A stretch of DNA of 64,000 nt from Prevotella sp. (GCA_017554105.1 JAFZIY010000029.1:49504-113503); one strand, 5' to 3'. Counted from the stretch's first letter, positions 45,333 to 54,483 are shown. Translations and numbers: made by a program. Notes: a model not told the origin generated them from the letters alone.

Positions 45333-45762
45333 TGCGATGCTTGTAATTGTCGCAACAGTCAATGCCACGAGGATTTACCGTGGCAACAGCACATACGTGG
45401 GCAACGTGGTTTACACATGGGACGGCAAACACCTCTATCAGGGCAACAGCACCTACGTGGGAAATATCCTCTACACATGGGACGGCAAGCACCTCTATCA
45501 GGGTAACACCACCTATGTGGGCAGTATCCTCTACACATGGGACGGGAAGTGCATCTATCAGGGCAATACCACATATGTTGGCAACGTCCTCTACACATGG
45601 GACGGCAAGAACTTGTTCAGTGGCAACAGCACTTACGTGGGCAACATCCTCTGCACATGGGACGGCAAGCACCTCTATCATGGCAATACCACCTACGTGG
45701 GCAACATCACCTATACTACCGACGGCCCCATACCACCTGTAATAATGTCCCTGCTATTGTAG
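45304..45762 (+). CDS. Secreted protein built from six 20-aa repeats (Y-x-G-N-[ST]-T-Y-V-G-N-x-x-Y-T-W-D-G-K-x-L)
   Basis: Signal MMMKRLYMILAMLVIVATVNA followed by six near-identical repeats. It may relate to beta-flower/MORN-like repeat proteins, but I cannot verify this. Confidence 0.7.
   Translation: MMMKRLYMILAMLVIVATVNATRIYRGNSTYVGNVVYTWDGKHLYQGNSTYVGNILYTWDGKHLYQGNTTYVGSILYTWDGKCIYQGNTTYVGNVLYTWDGKNLFSGNSTYVGNILCTWDGKHLYHGNTTYVGNITYTTDGPIPPVIMSLLL
45376..45735 (+). repeat. Six tandem 60-bp repeats
   Basis: Units start at 45376, 45436, 45496, 45556, 45616 and 45676. Differences are mostly synonymous or conservative. The region is open in several frames on both strands. Confidence 0.95.
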
Positions 45763-45812
45763 GAGACAATGGTTGTTGCCCATAACGGCTCTTTGTCTCC
45801 AAACAATTAAAG

Positions 45813-45851
45813 CAATCCTGGCAGGATTGCATAGCAAACCTGCCAGGATTG
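45813..45851. terminator. 13-bp stem hairpin after the repeat-protein gene
   Basis: CAATCCTGGCAGG-attgcatagcaaa-CCTGCCAGGATTG. There is no clean U-run on the plus strand. Confidence 0.4.
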
Positions 45852-45948
45852 GTGTGCAAAATCGCCGAAATTGCAATGCCAGATGATATCATTCGTTGTG
45901 ACAGATATAAAAAAACGGTATCTATTACGCACTTATCATAAAAATGAT

Positions 45949-45956
45949 TATCTTTG
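45949..45956 (+). promoter_or_regulatory. -7 box (TATCTTTG) for the LRR/Sel1 gene pair
   Basis: TATCTTTG lies 21 nt upstream of ATG 45977. Confidence 0.5.
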
Positions 45957-45976
45957 CAACAAAAATACTGATGGTT

Positions 45977-47797
45977 ATGAAAAAGATTATAGTATTATTG
46001 TTTTTGCTCTGCGGGTTTATGCAGGCGTCAGCGCAAACATGGACAGACGACAACGGATTTACATGGTCCTTTTCTGTCAACGGAACGGAGGCAACGGATA
46101 TCAAGTTTCTTGGGGGGCCTGATTCCCAGAAGATTTATCTCTTCGGTGGTCCTGATAATGAAACACCTGCTGTCCTCGGTCCCGCTGACGCAGCAGCAGG
46201 TCGTTTCAGCGATTATGAAGGTTTATATTTCCCATTTATCCCTGATGATGTTTACTTCGGTAATAAGACACTCGTCTTTGATATCATTGCAGCAGAGGAA
46301 GGACAGTTCATCTGGGGTACAGGCGTTGGTTGTACTTGCCGCGTCATGAACGGTTGGTGGAGTTCTATTTATGCAGACGACGTGCCGCTTTCAGTGGGTT
46401 TGTGGGAGCTTCCTATCACCGAAGCTATGGCAACTGAGTGTGCCCGGGGTGGTCAAGGAAAAGACTTGGACATCCTCATGACCCGTGGTTCCATAACTGT
46501 TAAGTCTGTATACTATGAGTCCAGTGAAGTGTCTGGCGCAGTGGTAATCCCTGAGAAAGTGTATGTCGGTTCAACGGAACTGACTGTGACGAGCATTGGC
46601 AATAATGCGTTCTATGGCTGCTCTGGCATTACGAGTGTGACCATCCCAGAGACTGTGACGAGCATCGGCGATAAAGCATTTCTTGGCTGCTCTGGCCTGA
46701 CGGGCATTACCTTCCCGTCGAGTGTGACGAGCATCGGCGATAATACGTTCAGGAACTGCACCGGCCTGACGAGCGTGACCATCCCGTCGAGCGTGGAGAG
46801 CATCGGTAGCTATGCGTTCAATGGTTGCTCCGGCCTGACGAGTGTGACCATCGAAGAGGGCGTGTCAAGCATCGGCGAACGGGCGTTCTTATGGTGCACT
46901 GGCCTGACGAGCGTGACCATCCCGTCGAGCGTGACGAACATTGGCTATATTGCGTTCCACGGCTGTACCGGTCTGACGAGCATTACCGTTGCGAGCGGTA
47001 ATACGTCTTATGACTCAAGAAACAATTGTAATGCAATTATTGAAACAGCGACGAACAAATTGATTAAAGGGTGCGAAAACACTGTTATCCCCTCGGATGT
47101 GAAGAGCATCGGCGATTATTCGTTCTATGAATGCACTGGCCTGACGAACGTGACCATCCCGTCGAGCGTGACGAGCATCGGCAGTTATGCTTTCTATAGA
47201 TGCACTGGCCTGACGAGCCTGACCTTCCCATCGAGCTTGAGGCGCATCGACAGTTATGCGTTCTGTGGTTGCTCCGGCCTGACGAATGTGACCTTCGGCG
47301 AGGGTTTGACGACCATCGGCGAATGTGCGTTCGTTGGTTGTACCGGCCTGACGAGCATGAACATCGGCGAGGGTGTGACGACAATCGGTAATTATGCGTT
47401 CGCTGTCTGCTATGGCCTGACGGACGTGACTATCCCTTCAAGCGTGACGAGCATCGGCGAGTGTGTGTTCAATGGCTGCGAGAATATTCAAGACATTTAC
47501 TGTCTTGCCGTATCGTGTCCTTTCGTTTATGACAACACATTCTACTCTTATAGTTCGACCCTGCATGTGCCAGAGGTTTCTCTCCAGCAGTACAGGGACC
47601 ATTCGGTATGGGGCTTGTTCCTCGAGATTGTTCCGATAGATGAGTCAAATGCGATAAACGAGATTGGCATAGAGGGCATAGCATCAAGAATAGAAGCCAT
47701 TTATGACAGGAACGGCCAACGCCAGCCGGCATTGCGACGTGGCATCAACATCATCATGATGAGTGACGGCACGATTAAGAAAGTTCTGGTGAAATAA
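45977..47797 (+). CDS. BspA-type leucine-rich-repeat protein with T9SS C-terminal tail
   Basis: MKKIIVLLFLLCGFMQASAQ signal. About 11 units of the type LTSVTIPSSVTSIGxxAFxGCTG. C-terminus: RRGINIIMMSDGTIKKVLVK. Confidence 0.85.
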   Translation: MKKIIVLLFLLCGFMQASAQTWTDDNGFTWSFSVNGTEATDIKFLGGPDSQKIYLFGGPDNETPAVLGPADAAAGRFSDYEGLYFPFIPDDVYFGNKTLVFDIIAAEEGQFIWGTGVGCTCRVMNGWWSSIYADDVPLSVGLWELPITEAMATECARGGQGKDLDILMTRGSITVKSVYYESSEVSGAVVIPEKVYVGSTELTVTSIGNNAFYGCSGITSVTIPETVTSIGDKAFLGCSGLTGITFPSSVTSIGDNTFRNCTGLTSVTIPSSVESIGSYAFNGCSGLTSVTIEEGVSSIGERAFLWCTGLTSVTIPSSVTNIGYIAFHGCTGLTSITVASGNTSYDSRNNCNAIIETATNKLIKGCENTVIPSDVKSIGDYSFYECTGLTNVTIPSSVTSIGSYAFYRCTGLTSLTFPSSLRRIDSYAFCGCSGLTNVTFGEGLTTIGECAFVGCTGLTSMNIGEGVTTIGNYAFAVCYGLTDVTIPSSVTSIGECVFNGCENIQDIYCLAVSCPFVYDNTFYSYSSTLHVPEVSLQQYRDHSVWGLFLEIVPIDESNAINEIGIEGIASRIEAIYDRNGQRQPALRRGINIIMMSDGTIKKVLVK

Positions 47798-47826
47798 AGG
47801 ATAAAAAGTCTTTTTTTTGCGTGGTT

Positions 47827-49026
47827 ATGAAAAAGATTATAGTATTATTGTTCTTGCTGACTTCTGTCGGTATGGTGTCTGCGCAAACGATAGAAGAGTT
47901 GCGTGACTCGATGGCTGCGGGCAATCTGAACATGCAAGTAGAGTTGGCCTTGAGATATATTGAAGGCGACGGTGTGGAGCAGGACTGCCAGGAGGGACTG
48001 CGTCTCATCAGAGATGCGGTAGACAAAGGCAACCGTTACGGAGAGTTACGTTTAGGACTCTGCTATGATTATGGCATCTGTGTAGAAAGGAATCAGGAGA
48101 CTGCTTTTCAATGGTATTTAAAATCTGCCGAGAAAGGTAATATACTGGCCCTTTTTTTTGTGGGGCAAGCATACCAATATGGCGAAGGTGTTGAGCAGAA
48201 CATACAAGAGGCTTATAGGTATTATCAGAAGTCTGCCGACGGGGGCTATCCGCGAGCAATGGCCAAAATGGGCGATTGTTACTTATATGGGAAGGGTGTT
48301 GAGCAGGACTTGGGAAAGGCGTTTGAATTAACGAAACAAGCCGCTGACGATGATGAAGAGTATGCTTTATTCAGTCTTGCGAGATACTATTTTAATGGTT
48401 GGGGCACAAAGGTGGATAAGAGTGAGGCCCTGCGGATTATGAACCAGGTTAGGGAAACAGCAGACGAGGAAAGTCCCTATAAAGAGAAGGCCGACTATCT
48501 CGCTGCCATTATCGAGAGAGGCGACACGATGAGAACGTATGAGCTCCAGTTCCGATATATTCCAAGCATTCTCCAGTCGTATCAGCATGGTGATTTGGAG
48601 TATGACGAATTGCTCGACATCAGGAAATGGGAAATAGACCTGCGCTCTATCTTCGTAAGCCATTTCGAATGGGACTGGAAGGCGGTATCTGCCACTGTTC
48701 ATGAGTATGATTCCGCGACAGTCATCCTTTATCACATGCCCGAGCCGGAGCGTATGCCACTATGCCGATATGCGGCGGCAGTTATCGACAAGAACCGTCG
48801 CTTCGGTCGTTACTATACACTTGAGAGAAGCATTAACTTCTCTGACGATGAAGAAACTCTATGGATGATGGGCGGTGAGGAAGGAACGTCGCATTTTAAT
48901 TATGGACCATTAAAAGGGAAGCCCACCGAGGAGAACTTCCTGAAGAGAGTGCTTGAACTTTGGGACGGGCACAAAGATGTTCGCTTTGAAACCAAAGAAA
49001 ACACTTTGACTATCTCGGAGGAGTGA
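47827..49026 (+). CDS. Sel1-repeat (SLR) protein with an uncharacterised C-terminal domain
   Basis: MKKIIVLLFLLTSVGMVSAQ signal. Sel1 units: YIEGDGVEQDCQEG.., YDYGICVERNQETAFQWYLKSAEKG, YQYGEGVEQNIQEAYRYYQKSADGG, YLYGKGVEQDLGKAFELTKQAA. Confidence 0.8.
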   Translation: MKKIIVLLFLLTSVGMVSAQTIEELRDSMAAGNLNMQVELALRYIEGDGVEQDCQEGLRLIRDAVDKGNRYGELRLGLCYDYGICVERNQETAFQWYLKSAEKGNILALFFVGQAYQYGEGVEQNIQEAYRYYQKSADGGYPRAMAKMGDCYLYGKGVEQDLGKAFELTKQAADDDEEYALFSLARYYFNGWGTKVDKSEALRIMNQVRETADEESPYKEKADYLAAIIERGDTMRTYELQFRYIPSILQSYQHGDLEYDELLDIRKWEIDLRSIFVSHFEWDWKAVSATVHEYDSATVILYHMPEPERMPLCRYAAAVIDKNRRFGRYYTLERSINFSDDEETLWMMGGEEGTSHFNYGPLKGKPTEENFLKRVLELWDGHKDVRFETKENTLTISEE

Positions 49027-49133
49027 GGGGTGAAGAGTGAGGAGTTCTTGCCTTGCAAGCGTTCCGTTGGGCCGAGCGAGGAATTAGGAGTTAGAAGTTC
49101 TTGCTTTTCTTTGTTTTTTTCGACGGAAAGATG

Positions 49134-49141
49134 TATATTTG
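49134..49141 (+). promoter_or_regulatory. -7 box (TATATTTG) for the lipoprotein gene
   Basis: TATATTTG lies 26 nt upstream of ATG 49167. Confidence 0.45.
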
Positions 49142-49166
49142 CAAACGGAAACAATATCGAAAAACT

Positions 49167-49823
49167 ATGGAAAAGAAAAAGCACAACATCGGCAATGTGT
49201 GGTCATTGGCCGCATTGCTGTTTATTGCCTTGATGGCAGTGATTTCATTAGAGGGATGTCTGGGCAAGAGTACTCCCAAGGAACCCATGCCTATGGCTAC
49301 CGACACCCTTGCAGCAGAGGAGAGCGTGCCAGATGATGCCGGTCAGGCGCAGAGTGCCGGTCACGCACAGTATGACGGCCTGTCGCTCAATATGTCTATC
49401 GATGACTTCAGGAAGGCTCTGGAGGATAAGGGTTATGCCTTAGGAGAGAAGGACCCCGCGCACAAGATGATTAAGATGTACAATCAGATGGAAGCGCTGT
49501 GGGTTTATTACGACAGTAAGACTAACAAGGTGTGGATGGTGGTAAACATCGACTTGCACTACGAGGATATGGAACTGGGCAGGGACGGCGAGAGAAGGAT
49601 CTACGAGATTCTCATCCCCGAGTATGAGAAGAAGTATAACTCGAAGCGTTCAGGCTTCTGCGAGGGAGTGGACTGCGTCGATATCCCCGGCGGTACCATC
49701 ATCTTTGCTTATGACAAGGAATGCGGTGCGCTGATAATGACGGTGGATGAGATAAACTCCAACAATTACGATAACTTTGAGGATTCCACATACGGGATAA
49801 GTCCATATGGGTTGGAGGACTAA
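49167..49823 (+). CDS. Hypothetical lipoprotein
   Basis: ATG at 49167 gives MEKKKHNIGNVWSLAALLFIALMAVISLEGC (lipobox). No family recognised. Confidence 0.55.
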   Translation: MEKKKHNIGNVWSLAALLFIALMAVISLEGCLGKSTPKEPMPMATDTLAAEESVPDDAGQAQSAGHAQYDGLSLNMSIDDFRKALEDKGYALGEKDPAHKMIKMYNQMEALWVYYDSKTNKVWMVVNIDLHYEDMELGRDGERRIYEILIPEYEKKYNSKRSGFCEGVDCVDIPGGTIIFAYDKECGALIMTVDEINSNNYDNFEDSTYGISPYGLED

Positions 49824-49826
49824 CGG

Positions 49827-49857
49827 CCCACCCCTAACCCCTCCCGAAGGGAAGGGG
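49827..49857. repeat. Solo CCCACCCC..CCCCTCCC-GAAG-GGAAGGGG hairpin unit
   Basis: cccacccctaacccctcccgaagggaagggg sits directly after the lipoprotein stop. Same family as 33846-34030, 54486-54516 and 61604-61639. Confidence 0.7.
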
Positions 49858-49912
49858 ACTTTCTGAAGTAGGAGTTTTGAGGTATGAATTTTGAAGTAGT
49901 TTTCTTATCTCT

Positions 49913-49955
49913 TAATTCCTAATTCCTAATTCGTAACTCCTAACTCGTAACTCCT
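49913..49955. repeat. TAATTCC/TAACTCG short tandem motif block
   Basis: taattcctaattcctaattcgtaactcctaactcgtaactcct. It shares TCGTAACTCCTAACT with 24151-24188. Confidence 0.65.
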
Positions 49956-50048
49956 CTTACCTCCCGTTCTTTTCACTCCAAAATAGAAAAAAACATAAAA
50001 GTTGATACTAAATTTCGTATATTTCTTTGGTAATTAAAAAGAAATGAG

Positions 50049-50056
50049 TAATTTTG
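50049..50056 (+). promoter_or_regulatory. -7 box (TAATTTTG) for rpmH
   Basis: TAATTTTG lies 57 nt upstream of the rpmH ATG. Confidence 0.5.
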
Positions 50057-50112
50057 CACCCTCAAATGAGCAAATCGCACCGAATAATAACAAAAATAAA
50101 TAGATAAGAAAG

Positions 50113-50268
50113 ATGAAAAGAACATTTCAGCCTCACAACAGGAGAAGAGTGAACAAGCACGGCTTCCGCGAGCGCATGGCAACAAAGAACGGCCGTCGCG
50201 TACTGGCTTCTCGTCGTGCTAAGGGCCGCAAGAAGCTCTCAGTATCTGACGAACATCACGGAAAATAA
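50113..50268 (+). CDS. rpmH: 50S ribosomal protein L34
   Basis: Below the ORF-track cutoff. My translation is [51 protein letters not shown]. Confidence 0.95.
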   Translation: MKRTFQPHNRRRVNKHGFRERMATKNGRRVLASRRAKGRKKLSVSDEHHGK

Positions 50269-50286
50269 GCCGTTCGGGCTTTTTAT
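50267..50286 (+). terminator. Intrinsic terminator after rpmH
   Basis: AAGCC-gttcg-GGCTT followed by TTTAT. Confidence 0.5.
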
Positions 50287-50374
50287 GAAAGTTAAAAACA
50301 GGGAGATGCATGCATTTTATTGCTGCTTCTCCTTGTTTTTTCTTGTTTTGTTTGCATCTTTCATCTATTTATGT

Positions 50375-50382
50375 TACCTTTG
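50375..50382 (+). promoter_or_regulatory. -7 box (TACCTTTG) for the PASTA-rluD-ddl operon
   Basis: TACCTTTG lies 20 nt upstream of ATG 50402. Confidence 0.55.
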
Positions 50383-50401
50383 CCCTTGAAATAAAATCAC
50401 A

Positions 50402-51142
50402 ATGACAGTATCTAAATTTTTTAAGAAGATATTCAGTTTTTACCTCTGGGGTAATATATTTGCCATGATTGCCGTGCTGGCACTTTTTGCCATCGGTGTG
50501 CGCTATGGCCTCGACCTCTACACTCATCACGGCGAGAAGATTGTTATCCCCGATGTATTGCATAAGTCTTTTGCCGACGCGGAGAACATTCTTGACAAGG
50601 CGGGACTGAAGGTGGTTGTCAATGATACTGGCTATGTCAAGAGCCTTCCGCCCGACTGTATCCTTGAGCAGACACCCGCAGCGGGAAAGATAGTGAAGTC
50701 GGGTCACGTGGTGTATCTCGTCATCAACTCCGACACCCCGATGCTCACCATTCCCGATGTCATCGACAACAGTTCTTACCGTACGGCACGTGCAAAACTC
50801 ATATCGATGGGATTCAAGGTGGGCGAGCCGATGTATGTGAACGGTGAGCGCGACTGGGTTTATGGTATATTGTGCAACGGCAAGAGCGTCGTAAGCGGCC
50901 AGAAAGTGTCTGTCGAGGACATTCTCATCATACAGGTGGGCAACGGTATGCGCGATTCCAGCGACTCTGTGTATGTTGACGACTCGTACTATTATTATGA
51001 ATACGAGGACGTGAGAGACTCCTCAGTCATTAACAACGGAGAAGTGAATCAGGACGTTGGCACCGAGGCCCCGGAGCCTGATGCACCGGCACCGTCGGGC
51101 GATGTTGACCAGTTCCAAGAGATTAGCGTTCCCGATGTATAA
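50402..51142 (+). CDS. PASTA-domain membrane protein
   Basis: N-terminal TM segment and two PASTA-like modules (IVIPDVLHKSFADAENILDKAGLKV..; LTIPDVIDNSSYRTARAKLISMGFKV..). Confidence 0.75.
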   Translation: MTVSKFFKKIFSFYLWGNIFAMIAVLALFAIGVRYGLDLYTHHGEKIVIPDVLHKSFADAENILDKAGLKVVVNDTGYVKSLPPDCILEQTPAAGKIVKSGHVVYLVINSDTPMLTIPDVIDNSSYRTARAKLISMGFKVGEPMYVNGERDWVYGILCNGKSVVSGQKVSVEDILIIQVGNGMRDSSDSVYVDDSYYYYEYEDVRDSSVINNGEVNQDVGTEAPEPDAPAPSGDVDQFQEISVPDV

Positions 51143-52250
51143 GGATATTGAAGAGTCCATGGGCGACGGCGCGATGCTTGTTCCTGATTCTGCCGACGTT
51201 CAAGACCTGCTCGACGATGAGCAGGAATCATTCGACGAGGAACAGGACAGCAGACTTTATGAGCATTTCCGTCTTGTGGCCGATGCGGGGCAGGTGCCAG
51301 TGAGGGTTGACAAGTTCCTCACCGAGCGCATGCAGCATCAGAGCCGCAACCGCATACAAAAGGCTGCCGAGGCGGGTTTCATACACGTCAACGACCGTCC
51401 CGTGAAGAGCAACTACAAGGTTCGTCCCGGTGATGTTGTCACGCTGATGCTCAACCGCCCCCGGTATGACGACACCATAGAGCCGGAGGACATCCCGCTC
51501 GACGTTGTTTATGAAGACGACAGCCTGATGGTGATAAACAAGCCCGCAGGCATGGTCGTTCACCCGGGATGCGGCAACTATCACGGTACGCTGGTGAATG
51601 CCGTGGCATGGCATCTGCGCAACCTCCCTTCCTACGACCCCAACGACCCCGAGGTGGGACTGGTGCATCGCATAGACAAGGATACTAGCGGACTGCTCGT
51701 GGTGGCAAAGACACCGGAGGCGAAGAGTCGTCTCGGAGTGCAGTTTTTCAATAAGACCACTCATCGCTCATACAATGCACTAGTGTGGGGAAACTTCGTT
51801 GAGGACGAGGGAACGATAGAGGGCAACATCGGGCGTGACGTGCGTGACCGCCTACGCATGGATGTCTTCCCAACAGACTCGGGCATAGGGAAATCTGCCG
51901 TAACCCACTATAGGGTGATGGAGCGCTATGGATACACCACGCTCGTGGAATGCATACTCGAGACAGGGCGCACACATCAGATACGTGCCCACATGAAACA
52001 CATAGGACACCCGCTGTTCGGCGATGAGCGATATGGAGGTTGTGAGATACTCAGGGGCGAGCGTACGGCATCCTACAAGGCATACATACGCAACTGCTTC
52101 GCCCTCTGTCAGCGACAGGCCCTGCACGCGCGCACCCTTGGCTTCGTGCATCCCGTGACCGGCAAGCAGATGGATTTCACCAGTCCGTTGCCGCAGGACA
52201 TGCAGCAACTAATAGAGAAATGGAGAGCCAGACTGTCTAATCAGACTTGA
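51135..52250 (+). CDS. rluD: 23S rRNA pseudouridine synthase, RluD family
   Basis: ORF 51057; the ATG at 51135 overlaps the PASTA stop by 8 nt. S4 domain (RVDKFL..SRNRIQK) and catalytic HRIDKDTSGLLVVAKT. Confidence 0.88.
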   Translation: MYKDIEESMGDGAMLVPDSADVQDLLDDEQESFDEEQDSRLYEHFRLVADAGQVPVRVDKFLTERMQHQSRNRIQKAAEAGFIHVNDRPVKSNYKVRPGDVVTLMLNRPRYDDTIEPEDIPLDVVYEDDSLMVINKPAGMVVHPGCGNYHGTLVNAVAWHLRNLPSYDPNDPEVGLVHRIDKDTSGLLVVAKTPEAKSRLGVQFFNKTTHRSYNALVWGNFVEDEGTIEGNIGRDVRDRLRMDVFPTDSGIGKSAVTHYRVMERYGYTTLVECILETGRTHQIRAHMKHIGHPLFGDERYGGCEILRGERTASYKAYIRNCFALCQRQALHARTLGFVHPVTGKQMDFTSPLPQDMQQLIEKWRARLSNQT

Positions 52251-52292
52251 GAAATCATAAACTAAAGAACTTATAAATCATAAATAAAGATA

Positions 52293-53285
52293 ATGAAAAA
52301 CCTTAAGAGAAACATCGCCATCGTATGTGGCGGAGACTCGTCAGAGCACGACGTTTCAATGCGCTCTGCACAAGGACTTTATTCTTTTTTCGACAAAGAG
52401 CGTTACAATGTGTGGATTGTTGAGATGAGAGGACTCGACTGGTATGTCGACCTTCACGACGGCACACGCGCACCCATCGACCGTAACGACTTCTCATTCA
52501 AGGATAACGGCAAGTTAGTGATGTTCGACTACGCATATATCACCATACACGGAACTCCCGGTGAGAACGGAATACTGCAGGGCTATTTCGAACTGATACA
52601 CCTTCCATACTCCACGAGCGGAGTGCTTGTAGAGGCTATGACCTTCGACAAGTTCGTGCTTAACCAGTACCTTCGCAGTTATGGCGTGAAAGTGGCAGAG
52701 TCGATGCTCATACGCAAGGGCTATGAGGAACTTGTGACCGACGACGAAATAGACGAGAAAATAGGCATGCCGTGCTTCGTGAAGCCTGCTGCCGACGGCT
52801 CTTCCTTCGGCGTCTCAAAGGTGAAGAACAAGGACCAGTTGGCTCCTGCCATCCGCAAGGCACTGATGGAGAGCGACGACGTGATGGTGGAGAGTCTGCT
52901 CGAAGGCACCGAGATAACCGTGGGATGCTACAAGACACGCGAGAAGACCGTCATATTCCCCGCTACGGAAGTGGTCACCAAGAACGAGTTCTTCGACTAC
53001 GACGCCAAGTATAACGGACAGGTGCAGGAGATAACCCCGGCACGTATCCCTGAGGAGACGGCAAAGCGCGCGGCACAACTAACGAGCCATATCTATGATA
53101 TCCTCCACTGCAACGGCATCATACGCATCGACTATATCATCAGCAAGGACCAGGATATCTCGATGCTCGAGGTGAACACCACTCCGGGAATGACCGTCAC
53201 GAGTTTCATCCCGCAGCAGGTGAGGGCAGCAGGACTCAACATCACCGACGTGCTCACGGACATTGTGGAGAACCAGTTCAAGTAA
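52293..53285 (+). CDS. ddl: D-alanine--D-alanine ligase
   Basis: IAIVCGGDSSEHDVS, HGTPGENG, FVKPAADGSSFGVSKV, LEVNTTPGMT. Confidence 0.95.
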   Translation: MKNLKRNIAIVCGGDSSEHDVSMRSAQGLYSFFDKERYNVWIVEMRGLDWYVDLHDGTRAPIDRNDFSFKDNGKLVMFDYAYITIHGTPGENGILQGYFELIHLPYSTSGVLVEAMTFDKFVLNQYLRSYGVKVAESMLIRKGYEELVTDDEIDEKIGMPCFVKPAADGSSFGVSKVKNKDQLAPAIRKALMESDDVMVESLLEGTEITVGCYKTREKTVIFPATEVVTKNEFFDYDAKYNGQVQEITPARIPEETAKRAAQLTSHIYDILHCNGIIRIDYIISKDQDISMLEVNTTPGMTVTSFIPQQVRAAGLNITDVLTDIVENQFK

Positions 53286-53334
53286 CAGCATATTTCAATC
53301 ACCCACCATTCCAACATCTAACGCCGCTAAGACT

Positions 53335-54483
53335 ATGAAACTATCTGATTTTGACGCCATCCGGCCTTTTGAACCGGAGGAACTGCCGGCAGCATACGAC
53401 CGGCTGGTAGCCAATCCGCAGTTCAAGACAGTTGTGGGAATGCTATACCCGCAAGTGCCTTTCGAGATGCTGGAGAAGAAGATGAGGGCATGCAAGACAA
53501 GCCTTGAGTTCCAACTGGCTTTCTGTTACGACTTCCTCGAGATGCTCCTGGCAAAGGCCTCTCTTGGCATCGACATCGATACCAAGGCCGTTGACGTGAA
53601 CCGACGCTTCACCTTCATCAGCAACCACCGTGACATAGTGCTCGACTCGGCATTGCTCGACAAACTGCTCGTGGATGCCGGCTTCAAGACCACCTGCGAG
53701 ATAGCCATCGGCGACAACCTGCTTACGCTGCCGTGGGTGAAGGACCTTGTGCGCATCAATAAGTCGTTCATAGTGGAGCGTTCGCTGTCACCCCGCGAGA
53801 TGCTGCTTGCGAGCAAGCGTCTCTCCGAGTACATGCACTTCGTAATCCAGGAGAAGAACGACAACGTATGGATAGCCCAGCGAGAGGGTAGGGCGAAGGA
53901 CAGCGACGACCGCACGCAGCCTTCAATACTGAAGATGATGGCGATGGGCGGCACGGGAACGCCGGTGGAGCGGCTCATGCAACTGCATATCGTGCCACTG
54001 TCTATAAGTTATGAACTGGACCCCTGCGACTTCCTCAAGGCGCGTGAGTTCCAACTGCGTCGCGACAATCCCGAATGGAAGAAGGGAAAGGACGACGACG
54101 TGGTGAGCATGAGCACCGGAATAATGGGTTTCAAGGGACACATCCACTATCATTGCGCACCGTGCATCGACGAGTACCTGCAGCAGTTGCCAGCCGACAC
54201 TCCGAAGACCGAGTTCTTCGACATTGTGGCAGCGCACATCGACAGCGAGATACACCGCAACTACCGCCTGTATCCTTCTAACTATATCGCCGCCGACATG
54301 CTTGGCGATGGCAATAACACATTCGCGGAGCAGGGTAAATACACCGCTGCCGACCGTCAGCAGTTCGAGGCATACCTGCAGGGACAGTTAGAGAAGATTG
54401 ACCTCCCTGACAAGGACATCCCGTTCCTCATGGAACGCATGCTTACGATGTATGCCAATCCGCTGCGCAACCATCTTAAGTAA
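53335..54483 (+). CDS. Acyltransferase (PlsC/glycerolipid acyltransferase-like, HXXXXD)
   Basis: ATG at 53335 (MKLSDFDAIRPFE). FISNHRDIVLDSALL contains the H(X)4D motif. Confidence 0.75.
   Translation: MKLSDFDAIRPFEPEELPAAYDRLVANPQFKTVVGMLYPQVPFEMLEKKMRACKTSLEFQLAFCYDFLEMLLAKASLGIDIDTKAVDVNRRFTFISNHRDIVLDSALLDKLLVDAGFKTTCEIAIGDNLLTLPWVKDLVRINKSFIVERSLSPREMLLASKRLSEYMHFVIQEKNDNVWIAQREGRAKDSDDRTQPSILKMMAMGGTGTPVERLMQLHIVPLSISYELDPCDFLKAREFQLRRDNPEWKKGKDDDVVSMSTGIMGFKGHIHYHCAPCIDEYLQQLPADTPKTEFFDIVAAHIDSEIHRNYRLYPSNYIAADMLGDGNNTFAEQGKYTAADRQQFEAYLQGQLEKIDLPDKDIPFLMERMLTMYANPLRNHLK

Noticed and set aside
45319-45785. Four extra ORFs (79-131 aa) on both strands over the tandem repeats
   Set aside because: They are artefacts of a 60-bp repeat that lacks stops in most frames. 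Only the 45304 frame has a signal peptide and a promoter box.
49030-49233. 67-aa ORF (MKSEEFLPCKRSVGPSEELGVRSS..)
   Set aside because: It is a translation of GAGTTAGGAGTT-type intergenic repeat sequence and overlaps the promoter of the lipoprotein gene.
51057-51134. N-terminal extension of the rluD ORF
   Set aside because: It overlaps the PASTA gene in another frame. The conserved RluD sequence begins after ATG 51135.
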